Of a DNA stretch of 63,778 bases, positions 27,154-36,615 are shown in pieces. Numbering within the stretch: the stretch's first letter is position 1; the number at the start of each line of letters is the position of its first letter. The position numbers were made by a program, and so were the translations under genes. The stretch spans positions 1-63,778 of the forward strand of contig CAYYXE010000002.1 in the NCBI GenBank assembly GCA_964475655.1. The letters run 5' to 3'. This DNA comes from an uncultured Candidatus Saccharibacteria bacterium (lineage in GTDB: Bacteria > Patescibacteriota > Minisyncoccia > Phycocordibacterales > UBA9973). The notes beneath the pieces are model-generated. The model ran no database searches. It was not told the DNA's origin and saw only the letters and a list, made by a program, of their open reading frames with translations.

Positions 27154-27332
27154 TGTGGATATCGCCCGGAATACCCGCGTATAGTGTGGGGAGTATAGGT
27201 GTGGTAGTGTAGAGAAGGAGTATGTATCCACATCTATCCACACCCGCACTCGCTCATATATCCTTATATACCAATCTTTTATCACGTTTTCCCCAATCCA
27301 CACGCTATACTAGCGCCTAAGCAATTATTTAT
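27154..27332. promoter_or_regulatory. oriC-like DnaA-box cluster with an adjacent AT-rich segment (dnaA-dnaN spacer)
   Basis: TGTGGATAT 27154..27162, GTATCCACA 27224..27232, CTATCCACA 27234..27242 and CAATCCACA 27294..27302. An AT-rich stretch lies at about 27255..27290. Confidence 0.7.
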
Positions 27333-28430
27333 ATGAAACTAACTTGTAATGTAGAAAAGCTCAAAAACGCCGTCACCCTCGCCGATCGCATGACCGGCAA
27401 ACATATGACACTCCCTATCCTCAATGCGATCCTTCTTGTAGCAGAAGGCAAGACGCTCAAGATCCGCGCGACCAACCTTCAGGTAGGTATAGAACTCGAA
27501 ATCCCAGCAACTATAGAGACAGAAGGAAGTGTGGTGCTCAAGGGTGATGTGGTCGCAAGTGTATGTAGTAATATCCCTTCGGGTAGCGAGGTGTCCCTTA
27601 CTCTTGAGAATGACAACTTAGTACTCATGGTTGCCAAATCCAAAACAGTGATCAAGGCGCTTCCCAGTGAAGAGTTCCCGACACTTCCTGTAGTAGAAGG
27701 AGAACACATTGAGATCAAAAAATCTCTTCTCGAAGACGGTATCCGATCAGTCTCCTTTGCAGCAGCGGTCACTGAGATCAAGCCCGAGATTGCAAGTATC
27801 TATCTCTACAGTGAAAGTGGGACGCTGTATGTGGTGGCGACTGATTCATTTCGTCTCGCCGAAAAGAAAATCACTATCAAAGGGCTTCCAGATATCTCCA
27901 AGATCTTGATCCCTCACAAAAACGTCCAAGATGTACTCCGTGCACTCGAAGTGTGTGGAGACACGGTGCGTATCGCATATACGCGCAATCAGATCGCCTT
28001 TAGTGGAAATGGTGTGTACTTCACCTCCCGTCTCATTGATGGGGGATTTCCACCGTATCATCTCATCATTCCCAAAGAAGAAACGACACAGGTCGTCGTG
28101 ATGAAACAAGACCTTATCAATACCCTTCGTCTCTCTACTATCTTTACTGATAAATTTTTTCAAGTGGTCTTTCGTATTGATCCTGCTACCAAACAGCTTG
28201 CTATTACATCCCAAAATAGTGATGTCGGTTCAGTCGACTCGACAGTCGATGCAGTGATAAAGGGTGAGCCGATCGAAGTCGTCTGCAACCTCAAGTACTT
28301 TCTCGATGTCTTTCAGGCTACTGTCGGCGACAGTATTTCACTTTCATTCACCACTCCTCAAAAGCCGATCGTCATCAAGAGCGTCAGTGATACCAACTTC
28401 CTGTATCTGTTGATGCCTACAAATCGATAA
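27333..28430 (+). CDS. dnaN: DNA polymerase III beta sliding clamp
   Basis: 365 aa directly downstream of dnaA, with a typical three-domain beta-clamp pattern (ATDSFRLAE, LIDGGFPPY). Confidence 0.95.
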   Translation: MKLTCNVEKLKNAVTLADRMTGKHMTLPILNAILLVAEGKTLKIRATNLQVGIELEIPATIETEGSVVLKGDVVASVCSNIPSGSEVSLTLENDNLVLMVAKSKTVIKALPSEEFPTLPVVEGEHIEIKKSLLEDGIRSVSFAAAVTEIKPEIASIYLYSESGTLYVVATDSFRLAEKKITIKGLPDISKILIPHKNVQDVLRALEVCGDTVRIAYTRNQIAFSGNGVYFTSRLIDGGFPPYHLIIPKEETTQVVVMKQDLINTLRLSTIFTDKFFQVVFRIDPATKQLAITSQNSDVGSVDSTVDAVIKGEPIEVVCNLKYFLDVFQATVGDSISLSFTTPQKPIVIKSVSDTNFLYLLMPTNR

Positions 28431-28435
28431 TACCT

Positions 28436-28690
28436 ATGTCACTCTTTGATTCATTTATTACCAATCTCAAGGCAAAAGTCGACGCACAAACTGCCTACAA
28501 ACAGTCTGTTATACAAGCAATCAAAGAAGTGGTTGGGGTATCTATCTCACCCGAGCAGATCATTTCGCTCAAAGAAGGGGTACTCAGGCTTGCCGTACCT
28601 TCGACACTCAAATCAGCACTTCTCCTTAAACAAGGAAAACTCCTTGCGGAGTTTTCTAAACACTCATTCACGGTAACTACTATTCAGTAA
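28436..28690 (+). CDS. DUF721/DciA-like small protein
   Basis: 84 aa immediately after dnaN. LKEGVLRLAVPSTLKSALLLKQGKLLAEF resembles the DUF721 core. Confidence 0.45.
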   Translation: MSLFDSFITNLKAKVDAQTAYKQSVIQAIKEVVGVSISPEQIISLKEGVLRLAVPSTLKSALLLKQGKLLAEFSKHSFTVTTIQ

Positions 28691-31079
28691 CAGTAACTGA
28701 TCGTTCAATAGTTGTTTTTTGCGATAGGTTGTTGGTCGTACTAACCTTTATAGTATGTACTCCGGGAGTTAGATTGTAATCAGTAGGACTGAGTCTAAAT
28801 CGAAATGGAGCAGAAAGGGTGGCGACGAGATTGTTGTCGATCAGTACGTTTGCACTTACCAACGTCGCTACTCCTTGGTACGAAATACTGATCGTTGCAC
28901 TGCTTGCGCGAGAGAGTGTAGGAGGAAGTCCGTCGATGGATATGATACCCGTATCTTGGGGAGGAGTGGGTTCGTATCCGGCAGGGAGTGTGCCGGCGTA
29001 TCTGCTCATGTTTTGCAGCCACCATGCCTCGACTGAGGGGTTCCAAAGGTGGAACTGTGGATCACTGTTGGGATTGGTAGGAGCAGGACCACGTGGGTTA
29101 TTCTTTTGTACCCAGTAGAGGATGTCTTGTATTGGTGCGGTAAGCCATGTCCCACGAAGGATTGGTTTGAGAGTATCGTAGTCAGGATCAATCGCCGGCT
29201 TTTCGAAGGCAGGGGCCGGGTGCTCTTTGAGGTACTCTTCCATAAACGACTTGAGGATGGGTCCGGAGACCGCAGACCCACCACTACGCATACTTTTGTT
29301 GTTGTTGTTGCCGCTCCATACGCCCACCGTGATACTCGGCGTGTAGCCCATGATCCATGCATCACGTTCGTCGTTGGTGGTACCTGTCTTTACGGCAACC
29401 CCTGGGATAGTGATTGCATTTCCAAAGGTTGGTGTACGCGCAGCAGCGTCACTCAAAACATCATTGAGTTCAAGCACTGCATTTCTGTCGACTACCTCTT
29501 GCGCGTCTGGAGTAAACTGCTCCATTACTTTGCCTTTGTTGTCCGTTACCGAGAGTATGCCGACTGCAGGATTGCGCGTACCACTGTTTGCAAAGACTGA
29601 GTATGCACTCGTCATATCGAGGAGTTTGACTTCGCCACCTCCGAGCACAAGGGAGAGCCCGATCTCTTTAGGATCTTGGAGTGTTGAGATGCCGAGTTTG
29701 TGTGCAGTATCGACGACGTTGTCGACTCCTGCGAGATACAGTGTCTTTACTGACGGCACGTTGCGAGATTCTGCAAGAGCACTTCGCATCGACATCGGAC
29801 CCTTAAAGGTACGATTTGCGTTTTGTGGATGATAGCAGTCTTCGCTCGGATTTGCCTGTTCGATGGCGGTAATAGGAGCACAACTTGTCGAAAACTCAGT
29901 CGGTACATCAAAGAGGATCGTCTCAGGCGTATACCCCTTCATAAATGCCGTAAGGTATGCAAACGGTTTAAAGGATGAGCCTGGCTGGCGATCGGCAACT
30001 GCGATGTTGTAGGCACCATCGATGTCTTTGTTGAAATAGTCTTTGGAGCCGACCATGGCGAGGATTTGGCCCGTAGTCGGGTCGATCACGACCATTGCGG
30101 AGTTTGATGCATTAAAGTTTTTGAGGTTGCTCTCCGCGTATTTGGTGATCGCTGCTTCTGCCTTTTGTTGGAGTTCGTAGTCGAGTGTGGTGGTGATCGT
30201 AAAGCCGCCACTTTCCATGACGTCCTTGCCATAGCGCTCCTCGAGCTGATCAAGGATCCAAAAGACGAAGTGGGGGGCTTTGACGCTGTTGGATGCAGAG
30301 ATGTTGAATGTCACGACTTCGTTTTTTGCGGATTCGTATTGATCGGCAGTGATGTATCCTTGATCTTTCATTTTGGAGAGGACGAGGTTTTTGCGCTCAT
30401 CGAGCTTGTCCTTGTGTTTGCCAAAGGGGGAGTAGTAGCTCGGCGCAGGCATGAGTGCTGCAAGGTACGCAGCTTGTGCGATAGTGAGGTCTTTGGCAGA
30501 TACACCATAAAACGCCCGTGATGCTTCCTCGACACCATAGATCGTACTTCCAAACGGCGCGTCGTTGAGGTAGATGGTAAGGATCTGATCCTTTGAGAAT
30601 TCTCGCTCGAGCTTGAGTGCGAGCACCCACTCCTTAAACTTGCGCACGACGGTCTTGTCGGTATTGAGCAGGGTGTTTTTGATGATTTGTTGGGTGAGGG
30701 TCGAGCCGCCTTGTGAGAAGCTCCCGCTCGTGAGGTTTACAAACACTGCGCGGATGATCGATGTCGGACGGATGCCTTTGTGTGTATAGAAATGCGCGTC
30801 TTCGATCGCGACGACTGCATGCTTGATGTTCTCTCCCATTTCTTCGAATGGGACCTCGGTGCGACGCACACCTTGGTTGATGTCGTAGAGCACGACGCCG
30901 TTGCGGTCCGTGATCTTGGACGAGTTTGCAATCTTGCGCGCCTCAAAGGTTGAGACGTCGGGGAGTTTGATGGTTGCAGCCCAGAGTAAGCAGATACCGC
31001 CGACAAAGAGCACAAAGCCGCTGATGCCGATTGCGATCTTTTGCCATTTACTAAAGTGTGTCGGATATTTTTTCGTCAT
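28680..31079 (-). CDS. class A penicillin-binding protein (transglycosylase/transpeptidase) with a C-terminal Ig-like extension
   Basis: GT51 motifs EDAHFYTHKGI and GGSTLTQQ. Transpeptidase motifs SSFKP, SRN and KTGT. Confidence 0.9.
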   Translation of the reverse strand: MTKKYPTHFSKWQKIAIGISGFVLFVGGICLLWAATIKLPDVSTFEARKIANSSKITDRNGVVLYDINQGVRRTEVPFEEMGENIKHAVVAIEDAHFYTHKGIRPTSIIRAVFVNLTSGSFSQGGSTLTQQIIKNTLLNTDKTVVRKFKEWVLALKLEREFSKDQILTIYLNDAPFGSTIYGVEEASRAFYGVSAKDLTIAQAAYLAALMPAPSYYSPFGKHKDKLDERKNLVLSKMKDQGYITADQYESAKNEVVTFNISASNSVKAPHFVFWILDQLEERYGKDVMESGGFTITTTLDYELQQKAEAAITKYAESNLKNFNASNSAMVVIDPTTGQILAMVGSKDYFNKDIDGAYNIAVADRQPGSSFKPFAYLTAFMKGYTPETILFDVPTEFSTSCAPITAIEQANPSEDCYHPQNANRTFKGPMSMRSALAESRNVPSVKTLYLAGVDNVVDTAHKLGISTLQDPKEIGLSLVLGGGEVKLLDMTSAYSVFANSGTRNPAVGILSVTDNKGKVMEQFTPDAQEVVDRNAVLELNDVLSDAAARTPTFGNAITIPGVAVKTGTTNDERDAWIMGYTPSITVGVWSGNNNNKSMRSGGSAVSGPILKSFMEEYLKEHPAPAFEKPAIDPDYDTLKPILRGTWLTAPIQDILYWVQKNNPRGPAPTNPNSDPQFHLWNPSVEAWWLQNMSRYAGTLPAGYEPTPPQDTGIISIDGLPPTLSRASSATISISYQGVATLVSANVLIDNNLVATLSAPFRFRLSPTDYNLTPGVHTIKVSTTNNLSQKTTIERSVTVTE

Positions 31080-31116
31080 AGGAGTATCATAGCAATAGCA
31101 CACTTTTTATAAAAGG

Positions 31117-31153
31117 AAAAACAAAAATCTCTTCACCATGTAGATGAAGAGAT
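31117..31153 (-). terminator. rho-independent terminator of the 31159..31527 gene
   Basis: 9-bp stem atctcttca / tgaagagat, followed on the minus strand by TTTTGTTTTT. Confidence 0.6.
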
Positions 31154-31158
31154 ACTAA

Positions 31159-31527
31159 TTAGTTGAGGCAAAGGTGTGTAGAAAATTCAAACGGAGAGCG
31201 CTTTTTGTACTCCGGATCCTGTTGGGCAGATAGTGGTAGTACCCCTCCGACATAATCGGCTACATAGCAAAAGGCAGCGATCTTGAGCTGACGATTTATC
31301 GCAAACGAATCAGCCGGATTACAACAATACAAGTTAATATCTATAAAAGTTGTTCCTTGGTATTCGGACCATATCTCGCTGCAGATAATTGCACAACTCA
31401 AGTCATCGATACGATCTACACATGTCTCCAAACGTATAACAGGACCAACACCGGCCTGTACTTCCAACACAATGAAGGTGTAGCCAGTTGCTGATTTGGT
31501 GCAACGAACCATATATTCTTTACTCAT
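31159..31527 (-). CDS. Cys-rich hypothetical protein
   Basis: 122-aa ORF with its own terminator. No family recognised. Confidence 0.45.
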   Translation of the reverse strand: MSKEYMVRCTKSATGYTFIVLEVQAGVGPVIRLETCVDRIDDLSCAIICSEIWSEYQGTTFIDINLYCCNPADSFAINRQLKIAAFCYVADYVGGVLPLSAQQDPEYKKRSPFEFSTHLCLN

Positions 31528-31551
31528 AGATAACGTTTTTCAAACAGTACC

Positions 31552-31893
31552 ATGTATAAATTGACAAGTCAAGTATCTGTATATATAATGTTGCCTATAT
31601 TGTTCATCAAAACTTCATACATGAGCACGCCTCCAGCACCAAAGAGTAATTGGAATAATGTATCAAATTTTTTCTTCGGATCGCCCAAACGAGTACGAAA
31701 TACATTTATATTCTTAGTAATTATTGCGAGTATTGTTTTTGCTGATAAAATTGCACATGCAATACAGGTATTGATATACAAGATAACCAATATTGCTATC
31801 GATCTTGTAAATCATCTTGCACAACCAATAATCGCAGGAGTACTAATTATTTTGGGATTTAAATTCTTATTTCGAAAGGTTGGCGGAAAATGA
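31552..31893 (+). CDS. small membrane protein, hypothetical
   Basis: 113 aa with 2-3 hydrophobic helices, followed by a terminator. Confidence 0.45.
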   Translation: MYKLTSQVSVYIMLPILFIKTSYMSTPPAPKSNWNNVSNFFFGSPKRVRNTFIFLVIIASIVFADKIAHAIQVLIYKITNIAIDLVNHLAQPIIAGVLIILGFKFLFRKVGGK

Positions 31894-31900
31894 TCCTTAC

Positions 31901-31925
31901 GAAGCACATAGGTGCTTCTTTTTTA
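31901..31925 (+). terminator. rho-independent terminator
   Basis: Stem gaagcac / gtgcttc, loop atag, then a T-run. Confidence 0.65.
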
Positions 31926-31950
31926 TTACAAACCCAGAAATGCTATAGTT

Positions 31951-33300
31951 ATGCTATCTATGGAACGAGAAGACAAAATTGAGCTCTTGCTTGCGAAGGG
32001 GGTATCGGAGATATTGCCAGGGCGGGAGTATCTGGAGAAGCTTTTGAGAGGCAAGCAGCGACTTTCTATTTATTGCGGCTTTGATCCGACTGCACCCACG
32101 CTTCACATCGGGCACGCGATCACGCTTCGCAAACTTCGTCATTTCCAAGACCTTGGGCATCATGTGATCTTTTTGATCGGGGATTTCACGGCGCGCATTG
32201 GAGATCCGACTGACAAAACTGCAGCAAGAGCACAGCTAACTGAAAAGGAGATTAAAAAAAATTTGAAAGCATATAAAAAACAGGCAAGCAGGTTTATTCG
32301 TTTCAGTGGTCCAAATCCTGCAAAAGTAAAATTTAATAATAAATGGTTAGGTAAGTTAAAATTTGCAGATGTTATAGATCTTGCATCCAAAATGACTGTC
32401 GATCAAATGCTTAAGCGATACATGTTTCAAAGAAGAACAAGATGGATGCGCACATGTTTTAATTGCGGAACTGATTTAATAGCCTATGATGCAGATCTTA
32501 TTTTCCCAGGAACACCATTTCCTAAGATCACATGTGCTATTTGTGGTAAAGAAAATATAATTAACTCAAAAGCTGATTTAATTGAACCTACAAGGCAACC
32601 AATCTACATCCATGAATTTATGTACCCACTCATGCAAGGATATGATTCAGTCGCACTCGACGTGGATGGAGAAGTCGGTGGCAACGACCAACTCTTCAAC
32701 ATGATGGCAGGACGTACTCTACTCAAGTCCATCAAGGACAAAGAAAAGTTTGTGATCACGATGAAGCTCCTTGCGGATGCAAACGGCAAAAAGATGGGTA
32801 AATCAGAAGGGAACATGATCGCGCTCTCAGATGACCCCAAAGATATTTATGGCAAAGTGATGTCGTGGACTGACGGTATGATCGTGAGTGGATTTGAACT
32901 CTGTACTGACTACACACCCGCACAAGTTGCAGTGGTGTCTGATGAACTTGCAAAGGGTATCAATCCACGCGATCTCAAAATGCGCCTCGCATTTGAAATA
33001 GTGAAATCTATCGCAGGAGATATGGAAGCAAAGGCTGCCGAAGAAGCATTTGTGGCGACATTTCAAAAGAAGGAGAGTGTCGAGGCAGTAGAAGTGAATG
33101 GAAATAACAGAACACTTGAGCATGTATTGGTACAAGAAGGTATTGTGTCGTCAAACGGTGAAGTGCGCAGACTCGCAGAAGCAGGGGCTATTTCAAACTT
33201 TGACTCCAAAGAAGTACTGACACTTCATCAGGTAAAGTCCGTCGCACTTCCTAGTACGTACAAGATCGGCAAAAATCGTTTTGTAAAAGTATTACTCTAG
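31951..33300 (+). CDS. tyrS: tyrosine--tRNA ligase with a Zn-ribbon-like insertion
   Basis: HIGH (LHIGHAI), KMSKS (KKMGKSEGN), EFMYPLMQGYD and a C-terminal S4-like domain. An extra CxxC...CxxC segment sits at aa ~178-230 of the long ORF. Confidence 0.9.
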   Translation: MLSMEREDKIELLLAKGVSEILPGREYLEKLLRGKQRLSIYCGFDPTAPTLHIGHAITLRKLRHFQDLGHHVIFLIGDFTARIGDPTDKTAARAQLTEKEIKKNLKAYKKQASRFIRFSGPNPAKVKFNNKWLGKLKFADVIDLASKMTVDQMLKRYMFQRRTRWMRTCFNCGTDLIAYDADLIFPGTPFPKITCAICGKENIINSKADLIEPTRQPIYIHEFMYPLMQGYDSVALDVDGEVGGNDQLFNMMAGRTLLKSIKDKEKFVITMKLLADANGKKMGKSEGNMIALSDDPKDIYGKVMSWTDGMIVSGFELCTDYTPAQVAVVSDELAKGINPRDLKMRLAFEIVKSIAGDMEAKAAEEAFVATFQKKESVEAVEVNGNNRTLEHVLVQEGIVSSNGEVRRLAEAGAISNFDSKEVLTLHQVKSVALPSTYKIGKNRFVKVLL

Positions 33301-33307
33301 TGCACGA

Positions 33308-33466
33308 CTACAATCCGAGATTCTTTTTCATTGCATCTTCCCACGGCTTTTGGAGATAGGTCACGATCAAGAATGAGGGGAGGAAGAGAAGTGAAAGTAC
33401 GACAAAGAGCGCGAAATTGAGTATCGCGAGCAGTACTGTCTGGAGGATGTCGAGCGCTTGATCCAT
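33308..33466 (-). CDS. possible small membrane protein
   Basis: 52 aa (MDQALDILQTVLLAILNFALFVVLSLLFLPSFLIV...) in the gap between tyrS and the epimerase gene. Confidence 0.3.
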   Translation of the reverse strand: MDQALDILQTVLLAILNFALFVVLSLLFLPSFLIVTYLQKPWEDAMKKNLGL

Positions 33467-33564
33467 GTGAGCGTATCCTACCCCAGAGCGTGTATTTTGC
33501 AAAAGTGCACGGGTGTGGTGTACAAACGGCCGCACTGTGGTGTCGTGATATAGTGATAGGACGT

Positions 33565-34467
33565 ATGACTATTGTACTTACTGGTGGATCGGGATTTATC
33601 GGGACCCAGCTCGCCCGCAAACTCCTCGCACTCGGCGACACCGTCGTCGTAGTCGATCTGAGGCCCCCTGTATTTACCCACGAGCATCTCTTTTATATCC
33701 AATGCGACATCACGGCATCCCAGCTTCCGTTCAACGTCCTTGAGCACACCGATGCAGTGATCAACCTTGCCGGCGCACCCATTAGCGAAAAGTGGACACA
33801 GGCGCACAAGCAAGAGATCTATGACTCGCGCATCATGAGCACCCGTCATGTGGTCGAGAGTATGCGTGGCGCCGCGAGCAGGCCTACGATCCTCATCAAT
33901 GCATCTGCCGTCGGGTACTATGGCGAGCGCGGCGATATCGAGCTCACTGAGCACGCACCCAAAGGCGCGGGATTTCTTGCAGATGTCGTCAGTGACTGGG
34001 AGTTTGAAGCGCGCAAGGCCGAAGAGTTTGGCACCCGCGTCGTGTGCATCCGCACGGCGCCCGTGGTCGGACACGGCGGTATGCTTGCGCAAATCCGAAA
34101 GACGGCGAAGTTTGGATTTCTTTTGGCACTTACCAAGAAACTTTTTTGGCAAGCGTGGGTGCACGAAGACGACATCGTCAACGCGTACCTCTTTGCGCTC
34201 CAGACCTCGACACTCCAAGGTCCAGTCAACGTTGCCGCTCCCGACATGGTGACGCATGAGTCTTTTATGCACACCCTTGGATCAGTTATCAAACGTCGAG
34301 TACTCGGAGTGGTGCCTAGGTTTTTGGCACGGATCAAGTACGGAGACCTCCTTGCCGAACTTACCAAAAGCCAGAAAGTCAGCCCCAAGCTTCTCATCGA
34401 CAAAGGATTTGTCTTTCAGTACCCGACACTTCGCGAAGCGCTTGTAGATGCAACTACAGAGGAATAA
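33565..34467 (+). CDS. YfcH/TIGR01777-type NAD-dependent epimerase family protein (SDR fold + DUF1731-like C-terminus)
   Basis: MTIVLTGGSGFIGTQL Rossmann motif, with length and C-terminal pattern typical of the family. Confidence 0.8.
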   Translation: MTIVLTGGSGFIGTQLARKLLALGDTVVVVDLRPPVFTHEHLFYIQCDITASQLPFNVLEHTDAVINLAGAPISEKWTQAHKQEIYDSRIMSTRHVVESMRGAASRPTILINASAVGYYGERGDIELTEHAPKGAGFLADVVSDWEFEARKAEEFGTRVVCIRTAPVVGHGGMLAQIRKTAKFGFLLALTKKLFWQAWVHEDDIVNAYLFALQTSTLQGPVNVAAPDMVTHESFMHTLGSVIKRRVLGVVPRFLARIKYGDLLAELTKSQKVSPKLLIDKGFVFQYPTLREALVDATTEE

Positions 34468-35318
34468 TGAAACGCATCGATATCACAACTGACGGCTGGG
34501 ACGACTACGAGCTCATCGATAGCGGAGAGGGCAGAAAGCTTGAGAGGTTTGGAAGTGTCGTACTCGACCGACCCGACCCACAGGCACTGTGGCACAAAGA
34601 CGCTGCCCAAAGGTGGTTTGATGCTCAAGCGCAATTTCTCTGGGCTGACAAAGGCGAGCGGTGGAAGCTTGCAGGTGGTACACTCGAAGTCTGGCAGATT
34701 GCGCGCGGCGATATGAAGCTTGAGCTTTCACTGAAAGGATTTAAGCATGTCGGTATCTTTCCCGAACACGCGCATCAGTGGGATGAATTAGTAAGTCTTG
34801 GAAAAAAGAATGAAGGACTGAAAATGCTTAACCTGTTTGGATACACCGGAGCTGCAAGTGTGGCAGGTGCACTTGCCGGTATGGAGGTGACCCATGTCGA
34901 TGCATCAAAGTCGACGATCGAGACTGTGAAGAAGAATGCTGAGCTCTCAGGACTCCCCACAGAGGCGCTTCGTACAATATGTGAAGACGCACTTCGTTAT
35001 GCCAAGAGATTGGTCGCACGAGGAGAGCAGTTTGACGTGATCGTCATGGACCCACCGGCCTTTGGTCGTGGCCCCAAGGGAGAAGTCTGGAAGATCGAAG
35101 AGTCGCTTCTCGAACTCGTTTCACTGTTGCCACAATTGGTTTCACCAAACGCAAAGCTTGTGATACTCAATGGGTATGCGTCAGGGTATAGCGCGCGAAC
35201 GTTTGGAGAATTGCTAAGTGATGCGTTTGGTAAAGAGAATGTTTCATACGGAGAGATTGCGATCGAGAACAATACTCGACTTCTTACAACCGGTATCTAT
35301 GCCGCGTGGCGCGCGTAA
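34467..35318 (+). CDS. class I SAM-dependent (rRNA large-subunit type, RlmI/K-like) methyltransferase
   Basis: LNLFGYTGAASVAGA (SAM motif I) and VIVMDPPAFGRG (motif IV DPPxF). Confidence 0.8.
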   Translation: MKRIDITTDGWDDYELIDSGEGRKLERFGSVVLDRPDPQALWHKDAAQRWFDAQAQFLWADKGERWKLAGGTLEVWQIARGDMKLELSLKGFKHVGIFPEHAHQWDELVSLGKKNEGLKMLNLFGYTGAASVAGALAGMEVTHVDASKSTIETVKKNAELSGLPTEALRTICEDALRYAKRLVARGEQFDVIVMDPPAFGRGPKGEVWKIEESLLELVSLLPQLVSPNAKLVILNGYASGYSARTFGELLSDAFGKENVSYGEIAIENNTRLLTTGIYAAWRA

Positions 35319-35334
35319 TGTACAATAGATTTTT

Positions 35335-35760
35335 ATGCCCAAATACACTCCCACATACGACCCCAAAAAGGACTTGCAGGTGAAGCGTGGGATCAACGGC
35401 CTTGGGCTCTTTGCTAAGGTCCCGATCAAGAAAGGTGACTGCGTGATCGAATACTTTGGTGAAGTCATCACGGCAGCTGAGGCAAACCGACGCGGCGGAC
35501 GATACCTCTTTGAGACCTCTGCCAATCGCCATATCGACGGCACGACTCGAGCAAACATCGCCCGCTACATCAACCACTCCTGCCGCCCCAACTGTGAACC
35601 TGATACATCCGCTGGACGTGTCTACATTTCTGCGATCAAGAATATAAATCCTGGTGATGAGCTCTGTTACGACTATGGCAAGGAGTACTGGAACGAGTAC
35701 ATCAAACCCAAGGGCTGCCTCTGTCCGAAGTGTACTGAGAAAAGAAAAACCACCGCATAG
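35335..35760 (+). CDS. SET-domain protein (putative protein-lysine methyltransferase)
   Basis: GLGLFA..., YINHSCRPNCE, ELCYDYG and a post-SET-like Cys cluster CLCPKC. Confidence 0.85.
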   Translation: MPKYTPTYDPKKDLQVKRGINGLGLFAKVPIKKGDCVIEYFGEVITAAEANRRGGRYLFETSANRHIDGTTRANIARYINHSCRPNCEPDTSAGRVYISAIKNINPGDELCYDYGKEYWNEYIKPKGCLCPKCTEKRKTTA

Positions 35761-35774
35761 TGCGGTGGTTTTGT

Positions 35775-36020
35775 TTAGCGTTCGTCGTACCCAAGTTCTT
35801 CGTAGATATGGTTAGATATATCTTTAAAATCGTCATCATACGTTCCGTACAAACCTTCTTCACCCTCTTTTGCAAATGCCTTTCCAAATTTTTCTTCATT
35901 CGGATCTTCTTCTATAGAATCAACAACATCCTCAGGGTCTATATCTACTATGTCGCTCCCATCGATATTTTTTGGTGTAAAACCATCGAGCTCTTCTTCG
36001 TCGTATTCTTTTTCCGCCAT
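35775..36020 (-). CDS. highly acidic small protein, hypothetical
   Basis: 81 aa dominated by Asp/Glu. Convergent with the SET gene. Confidence 0.45.
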   Translation of the reverse strand: MAEKEYDEEELDGFTPKNIDGSDIVDIDPEDVVDSIEEDPNEEKFGKAFAKEGEEGLYGTYDDDFKDISNHIYEELGYDER

Positions 36021-36105
36021 GAATTAAGAAATAAATTAAATATTTTTATAATAGTAATGCATCTAGTTGTATCAAATACTGTTTTCCTTTGCAAGGGGAT
36101 CTTTT

Positions 36106-36594
36106 CTATCTTGAAAGACTGTTGACGCGCAGTGTTTCTGCGGCAGCAAAACCAAGCGCGATTGCGTCGATTTCATCATCGATTTTCCCGTTGATATCGA
36201 GCTTGAGCGTGAGCGCTACCATCTTTTGGACCTGCTCTTTGGAGGCGTTTCCGACACCTGTCATCGCCTGTTTCACTTCTTGGGGCGAAAGTTCGAGCAG
36301 GGGAAGGCTGTGAAGGCCTGCAAGGAGCACGATCACTCCGCGGGACTCTGCTACCTTAATCGCAGTCTTTTTGTTCACAGAAAAAAACAGCGTCTCGAGC
36401 GCGAGATGCGTCGGCTGCCATTTTTGTATCACAGTAGTTACACGATCATACACATCACGCAGGCGCTTTTCCTGGAGATCTTTCTTATTGGTCTCAATGC
36501 ATTCTGAATGCAGAAGCTCTGACGGCCGCCCCTGCTTCACAATGGCGACGCCGACGCGGTCGTATCCGGGGTCTATGGCGAGGATGAGATTCAT
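36106..36594 (-). CDS. ruvC: crossover junction endodeoxyribonuclease RuvC
   Basis: MNLILAIDPGYDRVGVAIV..., LALETLFF and DEIDAIALG catalytic acidic residues. Confidence 0.9.
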   Translation of the reverse strand: MNLILAIDPGYDRVGVAIVKQGRPSELLHSECIETNKKDLQEKRLRDVYDRVTTVIQKWQPTHLALETLFFSVNKKTAIKVAESRGVIVLLAGLHSLPLLELSPQEVKQAMTGVGNASKEQVQKMVALTLKLDINGKIDDEIDAIALGFAAAETLRVNSLSR

Positions 36595-36615
36595 AGAAGT
36601 TGAGTATACAGTAAC

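Noticed and set aside
33478-34272. 264-aa minus-strand ORF opposite the YfcH-like epimerase gene
   Set aside because: The + strand product has the GGSGFIG Rossmann motif and a full-length family pattern. The antisense translation is Arg/Cys/His-rich with no features.
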